Shown: piece after piece, positions 1 through 14,620 of the stretch | Layout of the letters: each line of letters starts with the position of its first letter | Position numbering within the stretch: the stretch's first letter is position 1 | Assembly (NCBI GenBank): GCA_951406725.2 | Contig: OX597831.1 | Span: forward strand, 3,844,001-3,908,000 | Origin: Octopus vulgaris | Taxonomy: Eukaryota | Direction: 5' to 3' | DNA: 64,000 nucleotides | Program-made: the position numbers and the translations under genes | The notes under the pieces: generated by a model | Database searches by the model: none | What the model was told of the DNA's origin: nothing | Seen by the model: only the letters and a program-made list of their open reading frames with translations

Positions 1-570
1 AGCAACAGCTGAGAGGGCCAGTTACTGGATATGGTTGAAATGGAATGATGAAACCTGCTTGGAGAGGTGGTGTGTAGATTGTGAGGCAGGTACATATTTC
101 TTTACTACCCACAAGGGGCTAAATACAGAGAGGACAAACAAGGACAGACAAACGGATTAAGTCGATTACATCGACCCCAGTGCGTAACTGGTACTTAATT
201 TATCGACCCCGAAAGGATGAAAGGCAAAGTCGACCTCGGCGGAATTTGAACCCACAACGTAACAGCAGGCGAAATACCGCTAAGCATTTCGCCCGACGTG
301 CTAACGGTTCTGCCAGCTCGCCGCCTTGTGAGGCAGGTACATGTTTGCTTATGTAGCAAGTCAGACTCGTATGACATCATGGTTTGAATGTGGCGATGGT
401 CCCGAAATGGACTTAAGATCAAATATTAGCGTGTCGATCCGATTGGCTATAGGGTCGCATCACTGAGGGGCTGGAGGCGGGTGCGTTGTAAAGCCGTCGA
501 GAAGAAGGCCCCGAAACGAAGCGCCTTCTCTCCTGATGGCCCCCTTCCTGAAACCTACAGGCGCCTGGAT
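1..570 (+). mobile_element. 3' end remnant of an RLE-type non-LTR retrotransposon (HERO/NeSL-like), interrupted by a SINE
   Basis: Frame from base 2 reads ATAERASYWIWLKW, resembling the AE(K/R)AS(R)WLW(L/I)KR C-terminus of HERO-clade ORFs. A GC-rich 3'UTR-like segment follows at about 440-570. The end coordinate is approximate. Confidence 0.5.
96..325 (-). mobile_element. SINE family A, full-length, with 17-bp target-site duplication
   Basis: tRNA-like head (ggcggcgagctggcagaa...gggttcaaattcc) and body gcctttcatcctttcggggtcgataaattaagtaccag. TTGTGAGGCAGGTACAT is duplicated at 79-95 and 326-342. Confidence 0.92.
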
Positions 571-966
571 TACGGTATGTTTTCAAGTTTCTAGCGGCTG
601 CGCAGATGCTCCCTAGATAAGTAACGTTAATCGTAGTTATTTTGGTTATGAAATGGTGACCCATGATAAAATAAAGAATTACATACAACAATCTTGTACT
701 GTGTTTCCTAGCCTTCGGTTGTGAAATTCATTCCTATGGTGTTGGGATTGTATAGAAACAAGTACAAATTTGAATGTATATCTACGGAAGATGTGAGGAG
801 GGGTGGAGTTGGTGCTAGTTGATTCAATTTGTCATGAAACTGGGCGCTGACTAAGAAACATTTGGAAAATACTTGCTTCAGAGAAACTGAAGAAAGATCG
901 TATAACAGTGTTTATTGGCACACCCAATTCAATACACCACAAGACGCAGTTTGTTTGTTTGTGTGT

Positions 967-1014
<48 letters not shown>

Positions 1015-1167
1015 ATGTGTGTGCGCGTGTGCGTACAGACACACATACAAATAAATAAACTTCCATTTATTTGTAAACACCCATATATACGTCAGTTTGA
1101 ATATTTAATCGTAAGTGCATATACATACATACATACATACATATATATGCATGCATATGTATGTATG

Positions 1168-1210
<43 letters not shown>

Positions 1211-1287
1211 TTATACATGTATATATATGTATGTAATTTACATAGGTGTATATATATTTATATATGAACATTCACACTTACATACAG

Positions 1288-1333
<46 letters not shown>

Positions 1334-1731
1334 ACATATATATATATATATATACACACACACATATATATGAGTATGTGTGTGTAAATGTATGTACATG
1401 AATATGTGTGTTTGTGCGAGTGACAATATATATGTCTGTATATATTTTTATGTCTGTAATATATATATATACAAATTTAAAATGAGGGTGAAAAACCGGA
1501 TATTTAATTTGATTAACATCAATTTAAAACCCAGTCGTCTAGCATATTAAAATCTGAAGGTTCAGAAAATTGTATTACATACATATGAGAGAGATAACCA
1601 CTATGTGGACAACCCTTATACTAGAAGTAGATCCACTATGGTCTTACCACTAAGAAATGTTCTCAAGGAACTTTAGCAAACACCAGAACGTAAGCGAGCA
1701 AGACAAATGAAAAGTAACAAAAATATAGATT

Positions 1732-1807
1732 AACCATAAACATGTTTCACTATCAACAGTTACGTAATTTTACTTACGCAATTTGTCCGTAGATCTTCAG
1801 TATGATC
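1732..1807 (-). ncRNA. Candidate type I hammerhead ribozyme in a Penelope-like repeat remnant
   Basis: Minus strand reads gatcata-CTGAAGA-long helix II (ttgcgtaa/ttacgtaa)-GAAA-catg-TT|tatggtt. Helix I is 7 bp including G-U pairs, helix III is the palindrome acatgt, and the triplet is GUU. Confidence 0.6.
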
Positions 1808-2167
1808 GTCATTACAAATACAATTTGCAGAACTATACACGGGACGTCCGCATACGTATATAGTTCTCGTGTAAAGTGTCTTGCTGAAGGATAAAACGCG
1901 TCGCCCGGAATCGATAGATAACTACACAGAGTGAGTGAGAATGAGAGAGAGAGAGAGAGAGAGAAAGAGAGTGAGAGAAAGAGTGAGAGAGAAAGAAAGA
2001 GAGAGAGAAACTGTGTAGAGATGTTTGCTAGTTTGACATATTGTGCGAAGATGTTGACTGATTGGAAACAAGGGAGATTATTGATTGGATTGACAAACTG
2101 GAATTGCTGATTAAATATGCCGTGGAGCTGTTGATTAAATACTAAACAGACACAATATGAAGAGATA

Positions 2168-3042
2168 GGTTTCAAATTTTGGCACAAGGCCAGCAATATT
2201 TAGGGGAGGGGTAAATCGGTGACATCGACCCCAGTGCTCAACTGATATTTATTTCATCGACGCCGAAAGGATGAAAAGCAAAGTCGACCTCGGCGGAATT
2301 GAACTCAGAATGTAAAGACGGACGAAATGCAGCAAAGTATTTTGTCCGGCTCGCAGCTTTACAATATTCCCTTCTACTATTGGCAAAAAGCCTGAAATTA
2401 TAGAGGAGGGGGCTAGACGATTTCATCGACCCCAGTACTTAACTGTTACTCATTTCATCGATCCCGAAAAGATGAAAGTCAAAGGTCGACCTCGACGAAA
2501 TCTGAACTAAGATAACAAAGACGGACGAAATGCTGTTAAGCATTTTATCCGGTGTGCATCCGACGAGCTGGCATTCTGAAGGTATTGAGTGGTCAGACGC
2601 ATTTTTTTTCTTTCAGCTATAGGCGCGAGAACTCAAATTTAGCGGGAGGAAGATCGTTGATTGCATCAACCTCCAGAGCTCGATTGGTATTTAATTTATC
2701 GACCTCGGAGGGTTGAAAGGCAAAGTCAACCTCGGTGGAATTTGATCTCAGAGCGTAAAGGCGAACGAAATGTAGCTAAGTATTTTTACGGCGTGCTAAC
2801 CATTCTGCCAGCACGTCGCGCTTCAATATCCTTTCTACTGTAAGCACAAGGGATGAGATTATGAGGGAGGCGGCTAGTCGGTTCCGTCGACCCAAGTGCT
2901 CAACTGGTACTTATTTCATTGACCCTGAAAGGGTGAAAGCAAAGTTAATCGCGCTGGAATTTGATCTCAGAATGCAAAGGCGGACGAAATGCAGCTAAGC
3001 ATTTTGTACGGCGTGCCAGCGATTCCGGCACCTCGCCTACCT
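2168..3042 (-). mobile_element. Head-to-tail array of about four diverged SINE A-related copies
   Basis: Repeated atcgaccccagt...aaagtcgacctcggcggaatt...ggacgaaatgc blocks start near 2170, 2375, 2615 and 2835. Confidence 0.8.
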
Positions 3043-3521
3043 TAGTGGTTAGACAGATTGATTAAACCCGTCAAAGTGTGTAGACGCTAATGAAATGCAG
3101 AGAGGGCCGGGTGAGGATCCCGACAAGTTAATTACATTGTGGATGTATTGACTGGATTGACAAAGTGTAAGGATGTTGACTTCACAGCTATATTGTAGAG
3201 CTGTTGATGTTGATGGGACAGCGATGGACATAATCTTGGAAGACAGGTAGATAGATCAATAGATTGATAGATCGATAGATAGATAGATACTTAGATAGAT
3301 ACATAGATAGATAGAGATAGAGAGATAGCCAACTAGATAGGTAGATAACTAGACAGATAGATAGATATATTGATAAATATATATATATAGATTGATAGAT
3401 AGATAAACTGTTGGAGAGAAAGACAGAATGATTTAAAGTTGGTTAGCCAGACACAATTATACTCACTCACACGCATACAAACATAGGCAAGATGTTAACT
3501 TTACAGATAAGACAATTGCCG

Positions 3522-3606
<85 letters not shown>

Positions 3607-3607
3607 G

Positions 3608-3674
<67 letters not shown>

Positions 3675-3691
3675 GTCTGTCTGTCTATTTA

Positions 3692-3724
<33 letters not shown>

Positions 3725-3725
3725 A
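3522..3725. repeat. (ATCT)n compound microsatellite
   Basis: Seen directly. Confidence 0.95.
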
Positions 3726-3856
3726 TTTTTAAGCATACAATGAACATGGAAAGGCCGATATGTACGTATTACAGGTTAGTTGCTTTGCATAATTAATATG
3801 TGATTGCCAACAACCTGTTAATTTCATCCGCAGACAAACACACACTCACACATACA

Positions 3857-3922
<66 letters not shown>

Positions 3923-4306
3923 AACAACTACACGTATCTGAATTATTAATGATAAGTTTTACAGTACATGTGTGCGTTTGTGTACTTTTCTATGTGAAGC
4001 ATTAAACTTTTCTACTTCGCGCTGTAGAAATATTAATTCCATTGAATGAACCTCTCCGGACATTTATTGAAAGCTAAACACTATAATTTGCCTGGAAACT
4101 ATCTCGCTACACACACACAATACACCCCCCTCCCCCACTCACATTGCATTTGCATACAGATGTACTCATACGCATGTTCACACCCACAACTGCAATTACT
4201 TACGCACGCATGTACATCAACAGATCCATACACAGTTGTCGACACACACACACGCGTACAACCACACTTACATACATAGACATGCACTTATGTACGTATG
4301 CATATA

Positions 4307-4770
<464 letters not shown>

Positions 4771-6695
4771 TCACACACCCATACACTCATTACATTTACA
4801 TACTGATGCACTGACATGCACATTCACACACACACAGTGAGATGAACATCCATTTCCATATACACATGTACACACAGACATTGGCACACCTCACCCCCAT
4901 CCATATATACACCCCCCATAAAACACACATTTGTAAACACTCCTTTCTATTATTCGCTTACTACAACGGCTGGCAAGGGTTTTAGTTAGATTATCGGAAT
5001 AGAAACCACCACCACCACCACCACCACCACCACCACCAGCACCACCACCACAACCACCACCATCACCAGCCGCCACCACCACCACCACCACCATCACCAC
5101 CACCACCCACCGCCGTCTTCACCACCACCGTCGCCGCCACAACCACCACAGTCGCCGCACCACCAACACCACCGCTACCACCGTCGCCTGTTACCTTCCT
5201 TACCTTGTCCCCTTTTCATCAGGGTAACCTTTTAGCAGGTAGTTACATCGTTCCAATGTCTGTCCTCCACCGGCGACCTTCACATATGTCTTTTATTCTC
5301 ACGAGGGAAGGGAAACAAAGAAAGGGACCTTTAAGTGGTTTTCTTGGCCGGCTACAAATAGCAGCTAAATCTCTTCTCAAATCACATCCTACCGTTTTAT
5401 GAAAATTACGCGCTAAATAATGTGAACCGTTGGCTGCCCTACTCTGCAAGAAGAAAAAGACATAATGGTCACGGCTGGAACGCTTGATTAGAGGTTAGAC
5501 TGATGCTGAGCACCACTCCACTGAGTGAGACTCAAGCTGTCTGCTAAGCCTACAAGAAATGGCTGCTAAATCTGCCTCCAATCACATCCTTCCGTTTAAA
5601 GAATACGACACGTTCGATAATATGAAGTGCAGGATCCTTGCAAGAAAAAGACGTGATGGTCACAGCTAGAACGCTCGATTAGGGGATTGACTTCAGACTT
5701 GACAACAACATCAACAACAGCACTAAGTACGACTTCCCTGAGTATGTCACAGTATGGTCGCTAAGCCTGCTAGAAATAGCAGCCAAATCTCTTTTAAAGT
5801 CAAATGTTACCATTATCCGAGCTCGTTGTTCATAAGAAGAGATAGTCACAACAGGAAAGGATTTTATAATAGGTCTTCTCGATTAAGACTGACCAAGGGT
5901 TAAATTACAGCAACACCATTAATCCTCGTTTTTTTTTCTCTATTTCCTCACAATCCGACATTTTCCTCCTTCTCTCATTGTATTCTCAACACTCCATCAA
6001 TCGCCCCTCTTCTCCTCTCCATCTTCCCTCGTTCCCAGCACAATAACAACACTACACAATCACTCACACCCTCTCTAACCTCATCTTCAACATACTCAGC
6101 GTTTTTTATTCCTCTCCACATCTGCCCTCTCCATTAATTTCATCGGCTTCAGCCCCCACCGTACCTCTCTACTCTTCACTATTATAGACTGTCGGAGGCA
6201 GTGTAGTTATTTTGTCATCCACATCTCACTCTCCTCTCTTTCTCTCAATAATACCCGAACTACCAGTCAGCCAGGCAACCAGGCAGCCAGGCAGCCAGGC
6301 AGCCAGGCAACCAGCCGCCATTTACATGACTAATTGGCTACATTAATTAACACCTGCCTGTTGTTTATTGGCCTGGAGGTGTTGATTGTAGAACCTGTGA
6401 TATGCTAATGAGAGTGGCGATGTTGATGATGATGGTGATGGTGGTGGTGGTAGTAATGCTGGAGACTGGTGTGGGTAGCCATGTCGGTCCCCCGGGTTAT
6501 TATAAACATGAAAATATCATCCACTGTACATATGTATGCATGTGTGTGTATGCATGCACATATCTATACACACACACACACGCACGTACACACACACACA
6601 CATACACATGCATACATACATAAATATATATTTATACGTGCGTACATACGTATATACGTGCATGCGTACATATATTATATATTTATATATGTACG

Positions 6696-6740
<45 letters not shown>

Positions 6741-6823
6741 ATTTGTATGTGTGTATATATAAATATCTATGTAATTATGTATCCGTATATGTATGTTTCT
6801 AGGTATGTATGCACATACACACG

Positions 6824-6880
<57 letters not shown>

Positions 6881-7351
6881 CTAACCGTAGCCACTAATTA
6901 AAGAATTGCAATTTCTGAAACTCTTTAATTCTTTATTCTTTGGTTGTCGATAAAAAATAAAGTACCAGTTAAATAATTGGGTACATGTAACGGATTAAAA
7001 CCCCTCTTCCATAAAGCAGCTGGCCTTGTGCCCAAATTCGACACAATTACTACGAAGCAATACTGGGCATCTCACATGTTAAATCACTCCCTGTAATCGG
7101 CGATTGGGATACAATGATTTCTGGTAGCGATGTCGGGAATGTTAACGTTGATAACAATAAGGATTTTGCCGTTTCGTTGTTGTGTTGCCAGTTTTAGTAG
7201 TGATGGGGCTAATAGCAGTGCTGGAGTTTATCTTCTGTTGTCATTGTTGGGGTGGTAGTGGTGGTGGTGGTGGTCTGTGTTTGCAATGGTGAGCTGATAG
7301 TGGTTGGGTACCGTGAACTGGAGGAGAATAGACACAGTTTAGTGAATATTT

Positions 7352-7743
7352 TTTTACTTGTTCCAGTCATTACACAGCGGCCATGCTGGGGCACTGTCTT
7401 GAGTATTTAGTACTTATTTCTTTAAAGTCTGACACTTATTCTGTCGGTGTCTTATGTCGAATTGCTAATTTAGGGGACGTAAACACACCAGCACCGGTTG
7501 TCAAGTTTGGGGAGACAAAACACAGACACACACACAAGCGCACGCACACACACACACACACAAACACACACAAATATATATATTACGAATTTCAGTTTTC
7601 GTCTAACAAATCCACTTACAAGGCTTTGGTCGGCCTGAAGTTTGTAGGAGAAGGTATTCGCCGAAGGTGCCACGCAGTGGGACTGAACCCAGAACGATGA
7701 GGTTAGGAAGCAAGCTTCTTACGACACAGCCACACCTGCACCT
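7352..7743 (-). mobile_element. SINE family B (tRNA head, CORE-like ttgggcaagtgtctt body, internal (TA/TG)n, LINE-derived tail), diverged copy
   Basis: Collinear with the copy at 13375-13799. Confidence 0.85.
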
Positions 7744-7904
7744 AGAGACAAGGATGTCAGCAGAGCATGAATTTTGGTCTCTTTGACTTATCTGATGTCT
7801 CTGGATGACCGACAATTGGTAAAACACTTTAGGGGTGAAATTTGAGAGGATTTAAAAAAAAAAATCCTTACAGTTGGGGTAAGCGAAGCAGGGTCATTAT
7901 TTAT

Positions 7905-8125
7905 TTTATTATGGCAGGATCCCAATCCGGGCCGCAGCAACAAAGTCTACCCGCCGCACTTCTTGGTCCATCATCACCGCCTCGAAAGTGTCTGCAATCA
8001 AGTTGTTGATGTAAGTGTGACGACGTTTTCGTCTTCTTACATCACCATGAAGTGGGTTCCACGCGACTGATTTGGAAGCTCCCAGTTCAGGGTGGCACAA
8101 ACAGTGACCAAGACTTATGTGAGTA
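7905..8125 (-). mobile_element. RTE-like LINE 3' fragment
   Basis: Translates LGHCLCHPELGASKSVAWNPLHGDVRRRKRRHTYINNL, matching the GHCxRHxE...LWxPxHG..RGR...TY(I)D C-terminal pattern of RTE-type reverse transcriptases. Confidence 0.7.
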
Positions 8126-8159
8126 CTTCAGATCAAAACTTATCTTACTTTATTTTATC

Positions 8160-8494
8160 TTTCTTTTATTTGTTTCAGTCATTTGAAACAAATTTGGTAT
8201 GTCTGAAAACTTTGTCTCTTCTGCGTTCACTTATGATCATAGGCGCAGAAGTGGCTATGTGTTAAGCTACTTCACCCTTTATATCTGTCTGTCCTTGTTT
8301 GTCCCCTCTTTGTAAATGCCTAAATGGCAAATTATATGAAATAAAGTAGCACCGCCTTTAGTCAAGCAAATCGACTCCAGGACTTATTCTTTGTAAGCCT
8401 AGTACTTATTCTATCGGTCTCTTTTGCCGAACCACTAAGTTACGGGGACGTAAACACACCAGCATCGGTTGTCAAGCGATGTTGGGGGGACGAA

Positions 8495-8532
<38 letters not shown>

Positions 8533-8870
8533 TATATGTATATACGAAGGGCTTCTTTCAGTTTTCGTCTACCAAATCCATTCACAAAGCTTTTGGTAGG
8601 CCCGAGGTTATAGTAGAAGACACTTGCCCAAGGTACCACGCAGTGGGACTGAACCCGGAACCATGTGGTTGGTAAACAAGCTACTTACCACACAGCCACT
8701 CCAGCTCGGGCTTCTTTCAGTTTCCGTCAACCAAATCCACTCACAAGGCTTTGGTAGGCCCGAGGCTATAGTAGAAGACACTTGCCCAAGGTGCCACGCA
8801 GTGGGACTGAACCCGGAACCATGCGGTTCGTAAGCAAGCTACTTACCACACAGCAACTCCTGCTCCTGCG
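8160..8870 (-). mobile_element. Rearranged SINE B with duplicated 5' half and an inserted patchwork in its tail
   Basis: The segment at about 8549-8703 is repeated at about 8708-8865. The tail is split between 8160-8186 and 8347 onward. Confidence 0.8.
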
Positions 8871-9174
8871 ATCATAAGTGCAAGCAGAAGAGACAAAGTT
8901 TTCAGACATACCAAATTTGCCTGGCCGACAATAAATATTTCGTCTCGCTTATCCTAATTGCAAGGATTAAGAAAGAAAAAAAAAGAAATCCTTTCTAATT
9001 TCACACCCAAAGAGTCTTACCAATTGTCCTGGGCCATCAAAGCAATCATTAAAACCGGAACTCTTACTATGCTAACATCAACATTATAATTTTCCCTTTT
9101 TTTCCTCCCTATTCACTAAGCTGTCCCGATCCAAGCCCCACCCCCGCCACAAATCACGGTAGCGCTGTTGCCTT

Positions 9175-9466
9175 TGTAAAAGTAGTAGCAGCAGCGGCGG
9201 CGGCAGCAGCAGTAACAACAGTAGCTGTAGTAGTAGTAGTAGTAGTAGTAGTAATAGTAGCAGTAGTAGTAGTGGTAGTAGTAGTAGTAGTAGTAGTAAT
9301 AGCAGTGCTAGGAGTGATAGTGGTTATATAGTATTGTCGTCGTTGTTGCGGTGGTAGTGGTGGTGGTGGTGTCAGTAACAAGTGGTGCTTATAGTGACAG
9401 TAGTTATGTCGTGTTGCTGCAGTAGTAGTAGTAGTAGTAGTAGCAGTGGTGTTAGTAGCAGTAGTT

Positions 9467-9500
<34 letters not shown>

Positions 9501-10395
9501 CTGCAACAGTTGAAGTAGGAACAGTAGTACTAGTTGTAGAAGTAGTAGTAGTTGTAGTAGTAGGAACAGTAGAATTAGTAATAGTTGTAGTAGTGGTAGT
9601 AGTGGTAGATGTAGTAGTAGTTTGTTGTAGTAGTAATAGTTGTAGTATTATTATTAGTAGTAGAAGTAAGGCAGCGAGCTGGCAGAATCGTTAGCATGTC
9701 GGGAGAAAATGCTTAGCGGCCTCTCGTCCGTCTTTATGTTCTGAGTTCAAATTCCGCCAAGGTCGACTTTGCCTTTCATCCTTTCAGGATCTATAAAATA
9801 AGTACCAGTTGCACACTGGGGTCGATGTAATCGACTAGTTCACCCCCCCCCCCAAAAAAAAAATTAAGGTCTTGTGCCTATAGTAGAGAGGTATGTCGTC
9901 TGTCTTTACGTTCTGAGTTCAAATTCCGCCGAGGTCGACTTTGCCTTTCATCCTTTTGGGGTCGATAAATTAAGTACCAGTTGTGTACTGGAGTCGATAT
10001 AATCGACAGGCCCCCTCTCCCCAAATTTCGGGCCTTGTGCATAGAGTAGAAAAGATTATTATTATTAGTGGTAGTAGCAGTGTGGGTAGTGATAATAGTT
10101 ATGTCGTGTTGTCGTCCGTGTTATAGTAGTAATAATAGTCGTAGTAGTAGTGTTGGTAACGATGGCATTAGTGGTGGTGGTAGTAGTTATGTGGTGTCGT
10201 CTTTGTATTGATGGTGTTGTAGTGGTGACGGTACCAATATTAATGATGGAGGCTGTTGTTGTTGTTGTTGTTGTTGTGCTGTTGTGGCGGTACTGGTGGA
10301 GGTAGTGTTGATAGTTCGGAGAAGTAAGGAGGTAGTAAGAGGAGCGGGGGAGCGTTTGTAGAAGAGATTGTAGTAGGGTCATCATCACCACCACC

Positions 10396-10442
<47 letters not shown>

Positions 10443-10591
10443 AGTACGAGCAGTAGTGGAGGTGGTGGTGATGGTTGTAGTGGTGGTGGTGGTGGTGGTG
10501 GTGGTGGAAGTGGCTTGATATAATTACGGTTTTCATTTTGTCTTTGTGTCCCTTTATTGTTATGAATATTTACGATAAGGTGTTACCTGGA

Positions 10592-10629
<38 letters not shown>

Positions 10630-11215
10630 TAACAATAAAAATTCCTCGTCTCACCCTAGCCCTCCCACATATACACCTCATCGCCACACTCTTGCACTAA
10701 TTGCCTCTAAATACGCCGCCACCGTCGCCACAACCACTACCACCACCACCACCACTACCACCACCACCACCATACCACCACCACCACCACTACCACCACC
10801 ACCAACAACAACAACAACAGCAACAATACTACCACGAGTACCATCACCACCACCGTCTCCATCACTAGCAATACCGTCGCCATTATCACCACCGTGGCCA
10901 TTACTACCATCACCACCAACGCTACTACCACCACAACCACCACTACCATCACCAACAGCAACGCCGTCACAAGCACTACAACCATAACCACACCACTGAC
11001 ACCATTTACCACCACTACCAACCACCAACACAACCCTCACCACCGTCACATGCACCACCACCACCACCACCACCACCACCACCACCACCACCACCACCAC
11101 CACCACCACTACCACAACCAACACAACCTGCAGCAGCAGCAGCAGCACCACCACCACCACTACCACCGCGACTACAACCACCACCAATACCACCGCCGCT
11201 GCTACCCACCACCAC
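9175..11215. repeat. Trinucleotide low-complexity field, (GTA)n/(CAC)n/(CAT)n/(TAA)n
   Basis: Seen directly. It is the source of the poly-T/V/H/P pseudo-ORFs. Confidence 0.9.
9668..10053 (+). mobile_element. SINE A dimer
   Basis: One head followed by two bodies joined at agagaggtatgtcgtc (about 9886-9900). Confidence 0.85.
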
Positions 11216-11572
11216 TGTTTGAATACACGCAGTCATTACATTTATTTGTCACTGGAATTCAAGCGCACACACACACACACAAACACATACACACACACAC
11301 ATACAAACGCATATACACACACACAGAGTCACCACTTTCCCTCCGCCACCCAACCACCGTTGCCAGCTTCACCTTCGCCATCGCCATCGCTATCCTCCCC
11401 ACCCCACACCACGTTCTTTATGAAGACAGGTATTGTTGAAGAAATACCATTAAAACAGGAACGGCGTAGGGGTTGTAGGGTGGGTGTGGGTGGGGATGTA
11501 GCTCAACTCAATGTCTCCCTATTTCTCTTTCCACTTCCCCTAAGGCATAAAGAAAATCAGATCTGATATCAC

Positions 11573-11612
<40 letters not shown>

Positions 11613-11785
11613 ATCATACATACAAATGCATATATAAATATATATATATATGTACATACATACACGCACATATATACATACACATAGCATTATATATATG
11701 TGTATATATGTATATATATGTATATATATGTATTATATATATATATACATATATATATATAAATACATATACATATATATATATA

Positions 11786-11847
<62 letters not shown>

Positions 11848-12320
11848 CATACACACACACTCGTACAGAGAACCCGCGTGCAAACACACACTCGCACATT
11901 GCAATAATAACCTCGATATATGAAATTATTATTCTGCATTTTATTATTTCGCTATCAGAAATTTCGTTATCTGAAGAAAAGTAGAATATAGTTTTTACGC
12001 AGATAAAGTTCTGTTAATTATTGAAAAAAAAAAAAAAAAGAATATACGATTATTTCAAAGACAGTAGACGCATAATGCTTCCATTTATAGTTAATAAATA
12101 AATAGATCCCTTGAATATAGCTATATGTAATTCAATCCTCAAAAATATAAGCCTTTTATACATACATACATACATACATACATACATACATACATACATA
12201 CATACATACATACATTCATACATACATACACACACACACATACATACATACATACATACATACGTGTATTCTTTGAATGAAACTATGCGAAATCCAATAT
12301 CATGTGATATGATATATATG

Positions 12321-12355
<35 letters not shown>

Positions 12356-12479
12356 TGTGTGTATGTATGTATGTATGTATGTATATATGTATGTATGTGT
12401 GTGTGTGTATGTATGTGTGTATGTAAGTATGTATGTATGTATGTATGTATGTATGTATGTGTGTATGTGTGTATGTATG

Positions 12480-12576
<97 letters not shown>

Positions 12577-13189
12577 TATACACACATACACCGCATACAT
12601 ACACGCACATATATATATACATATATATGTATACATTCACACACATATAAATGCGTGTTCATATGTATATATATATATATATATATACACACACGCAAAT
12701 ATGTGTGTGTATGTATATATGTGTATATACTCACACACGCACATTACCTTTGTTTCATGCAACAACAGGTACGAAACAACAAATAATTAATACGTATCGT
12801 ACTCCAGAATTTTTTTTTTTCATTTTTAAAAAGAAAAAGAAAAAAAAAACGAGGCCTAAATAAATTGATTGCGTTGCGTTCTTTTTTACGAACTTTTGAT
12901 TATTCTCCATAACAATTTAGCGTTACCCTTACAGATCTTTTAATTTCCATGCTTCGTTCAAAATTTAAATCGTTTTCCAATAGTCACTCTAAAGCACGAG
13001 TTACTTCATTCACAAGGCTTTTTGGCTTTTTAGATAAAATCTCTCTCGTCAAAACCGTTCATTGAAGATATCTCTTCTCCATTATCTGTATACGATACTT
13101 GAGGTTATGCGGTTATGTTAACTCCTTGGGGGTTTTCATAGGTGAGTGTAACGTTATCAGTATCCAATAAATCTGGTGTATTACCTGCA

Positions 13190-14045
13190 CCAGCCAGAGT
13201 AGAATCGGCTTTTCTTTGCGGTTCATCAACTTGGAGTTTGACAAAAAAAAAATATATATATTCGAATGCAAACTTGATGGGGACTACACACGCACGCGTG
13301 TTGCGAGTTGTCCTCAACAAATCATGAACACAAAGTCTAACTAAGGAAGAGCTTGATGAAAATATCCCCAACATATAGGCGCAGGAGTGGTTGTGTGGTA
13401 AGTAGCTTGCTAACCAACCACATGGTTCCGGGTTCAGTCCCACTGCGTGGCATCTTGGGCAAGTGTCTTCTGCTATAGCCCCGGGCCGACCAATGCCTTG
13501 TGAGTGGATTTGGTAGACGGAAACTGAAAGAAGCCTGTCGATTATATGTATATATATATATGTATGTATGTGTGTGTATGTGTTTGTGTGTCTGTGTTTG
13601 TCCTCCCAACATCACTTGACAACCGATGCTGGTGTGATTACGTTCCCGTCACTTAGCGGTTCCGCAAAAGAGACCGATAGAATAAGTTCTGGGCTTACAA
13701 AGAATAAGTCCCGGGGTCGATTTGATCGACTAAAGGCGGTGCTCCAGCATGTCCGCAGTCAAATGACTGAAACAAGTAAAAGAGTAAAGAGTAAAGAGTA
13801 TGTCATCAATCATTCGAGAGCGGAGGACAAGATATATGCTGATCACTGCTGTCGATGAATTAGCGAGTAATTTCCTGCAATGGATTTCTAGGCATAGGAA
13901 TTTCCCACATCGGACGAAGATCCAGAATGTCGTACATTGATTAAACTCTCGCATGATGTCGGGTTATAAACTGAAGACCTCAAAAATGTCTTGTAAGACA
14001 GGAACGTTTGGAGAAAAAGACTAAGGCCGGACCGGGCAACCCACC
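13190..14045 (+). mobile_element. Decayed RTE-like LINE 3' region, split by a SINE B insertion
   Basis: Reads VESAFLCGSSTWSLTK...LRVVLNKS before the SINE and (IPN)MSSIIRERRTR(Y)ADHCCR...DRNVWR after it. The peptide is continuous once 13375-13799 is removed. Confidence 0.75.
13375..13799 (+). mobile_element. SINE family B, full-length
   Basis: Head ataggcgcaggagtggttgtgtggtaag...gggttcagtccc (A/B-box-like), internal microsatellite, tail aggcggtgctccagcatg..cagtcaaatgactgaaac(aagagta)n. Confidence 0.92.
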
Positions 14046-14160
14046 CGAAACGATAGAACCCACATCAACTTTTCAAATCCCGCTAACTGTAGCCTGTGTA
14101 GAATCCTGTTACGGAAAAAAATATATTAGCGACAAAGGCAGTGTTAACCCCAAGAGGTAA

Positions 14161-14620
14161 CTTAGATAAGATAAACTTAGATATGTTTTGACCAAAGATT
14201 GGTCCAGGCCATGTCTAACTTAATAGCACCACCTGATAGGATTATTCGAATCCTGTTTAAGGCAAGTTTTGTTTAAGTCAAGTTTTGTTCAAGTAGTGAG
14301 TTCTTGTTGGGTGAGTTGTATCCAATTATGGGTGGCTTATCTGGTATTCTTTGAAGGAATCTATCCAGACTCCGTTTAAAGTTGATGGGATCCTTTTCCT
14401 CTTTGATCTCCCTCGGGACAATGTTAAATAGGGCAGGGCCTGTTGAGGAAGAGAAATTATGTTGCAGTGTACATGTATGTTGTGATCTTGAATTGGGCAG
14501 GGGTCGTATGGCCCGTGGTCCCAGTCTTGGATGAACCTTGAAGCTAATGTTAAGGGCAAAGTTGGGCAAAGTTGGCGGTATATTCTCCACATCGTACAAA
14601 TGATGTACCGCTCACGGCGG
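14161..14620 (-). mobile_element. 5'-truncated CR1/L2-group LINE (ORF2 C-terminus and 3'UTR)
   Basis: RRERYIICTMWRI, then a frameshift, then GPALFNIVPREIK...FKRSLDRFLQRIPDKP. The 3'UTR has the stem-loop gaccaa-tct-ttggtc and a short repeat tail. Confidence 0.8.

Noticed and set aside
12921-12945. Loose resemblance to miR-10 (taccct..agatc)
   Set aside because: The seed does not match and there is no precursor hairpin.
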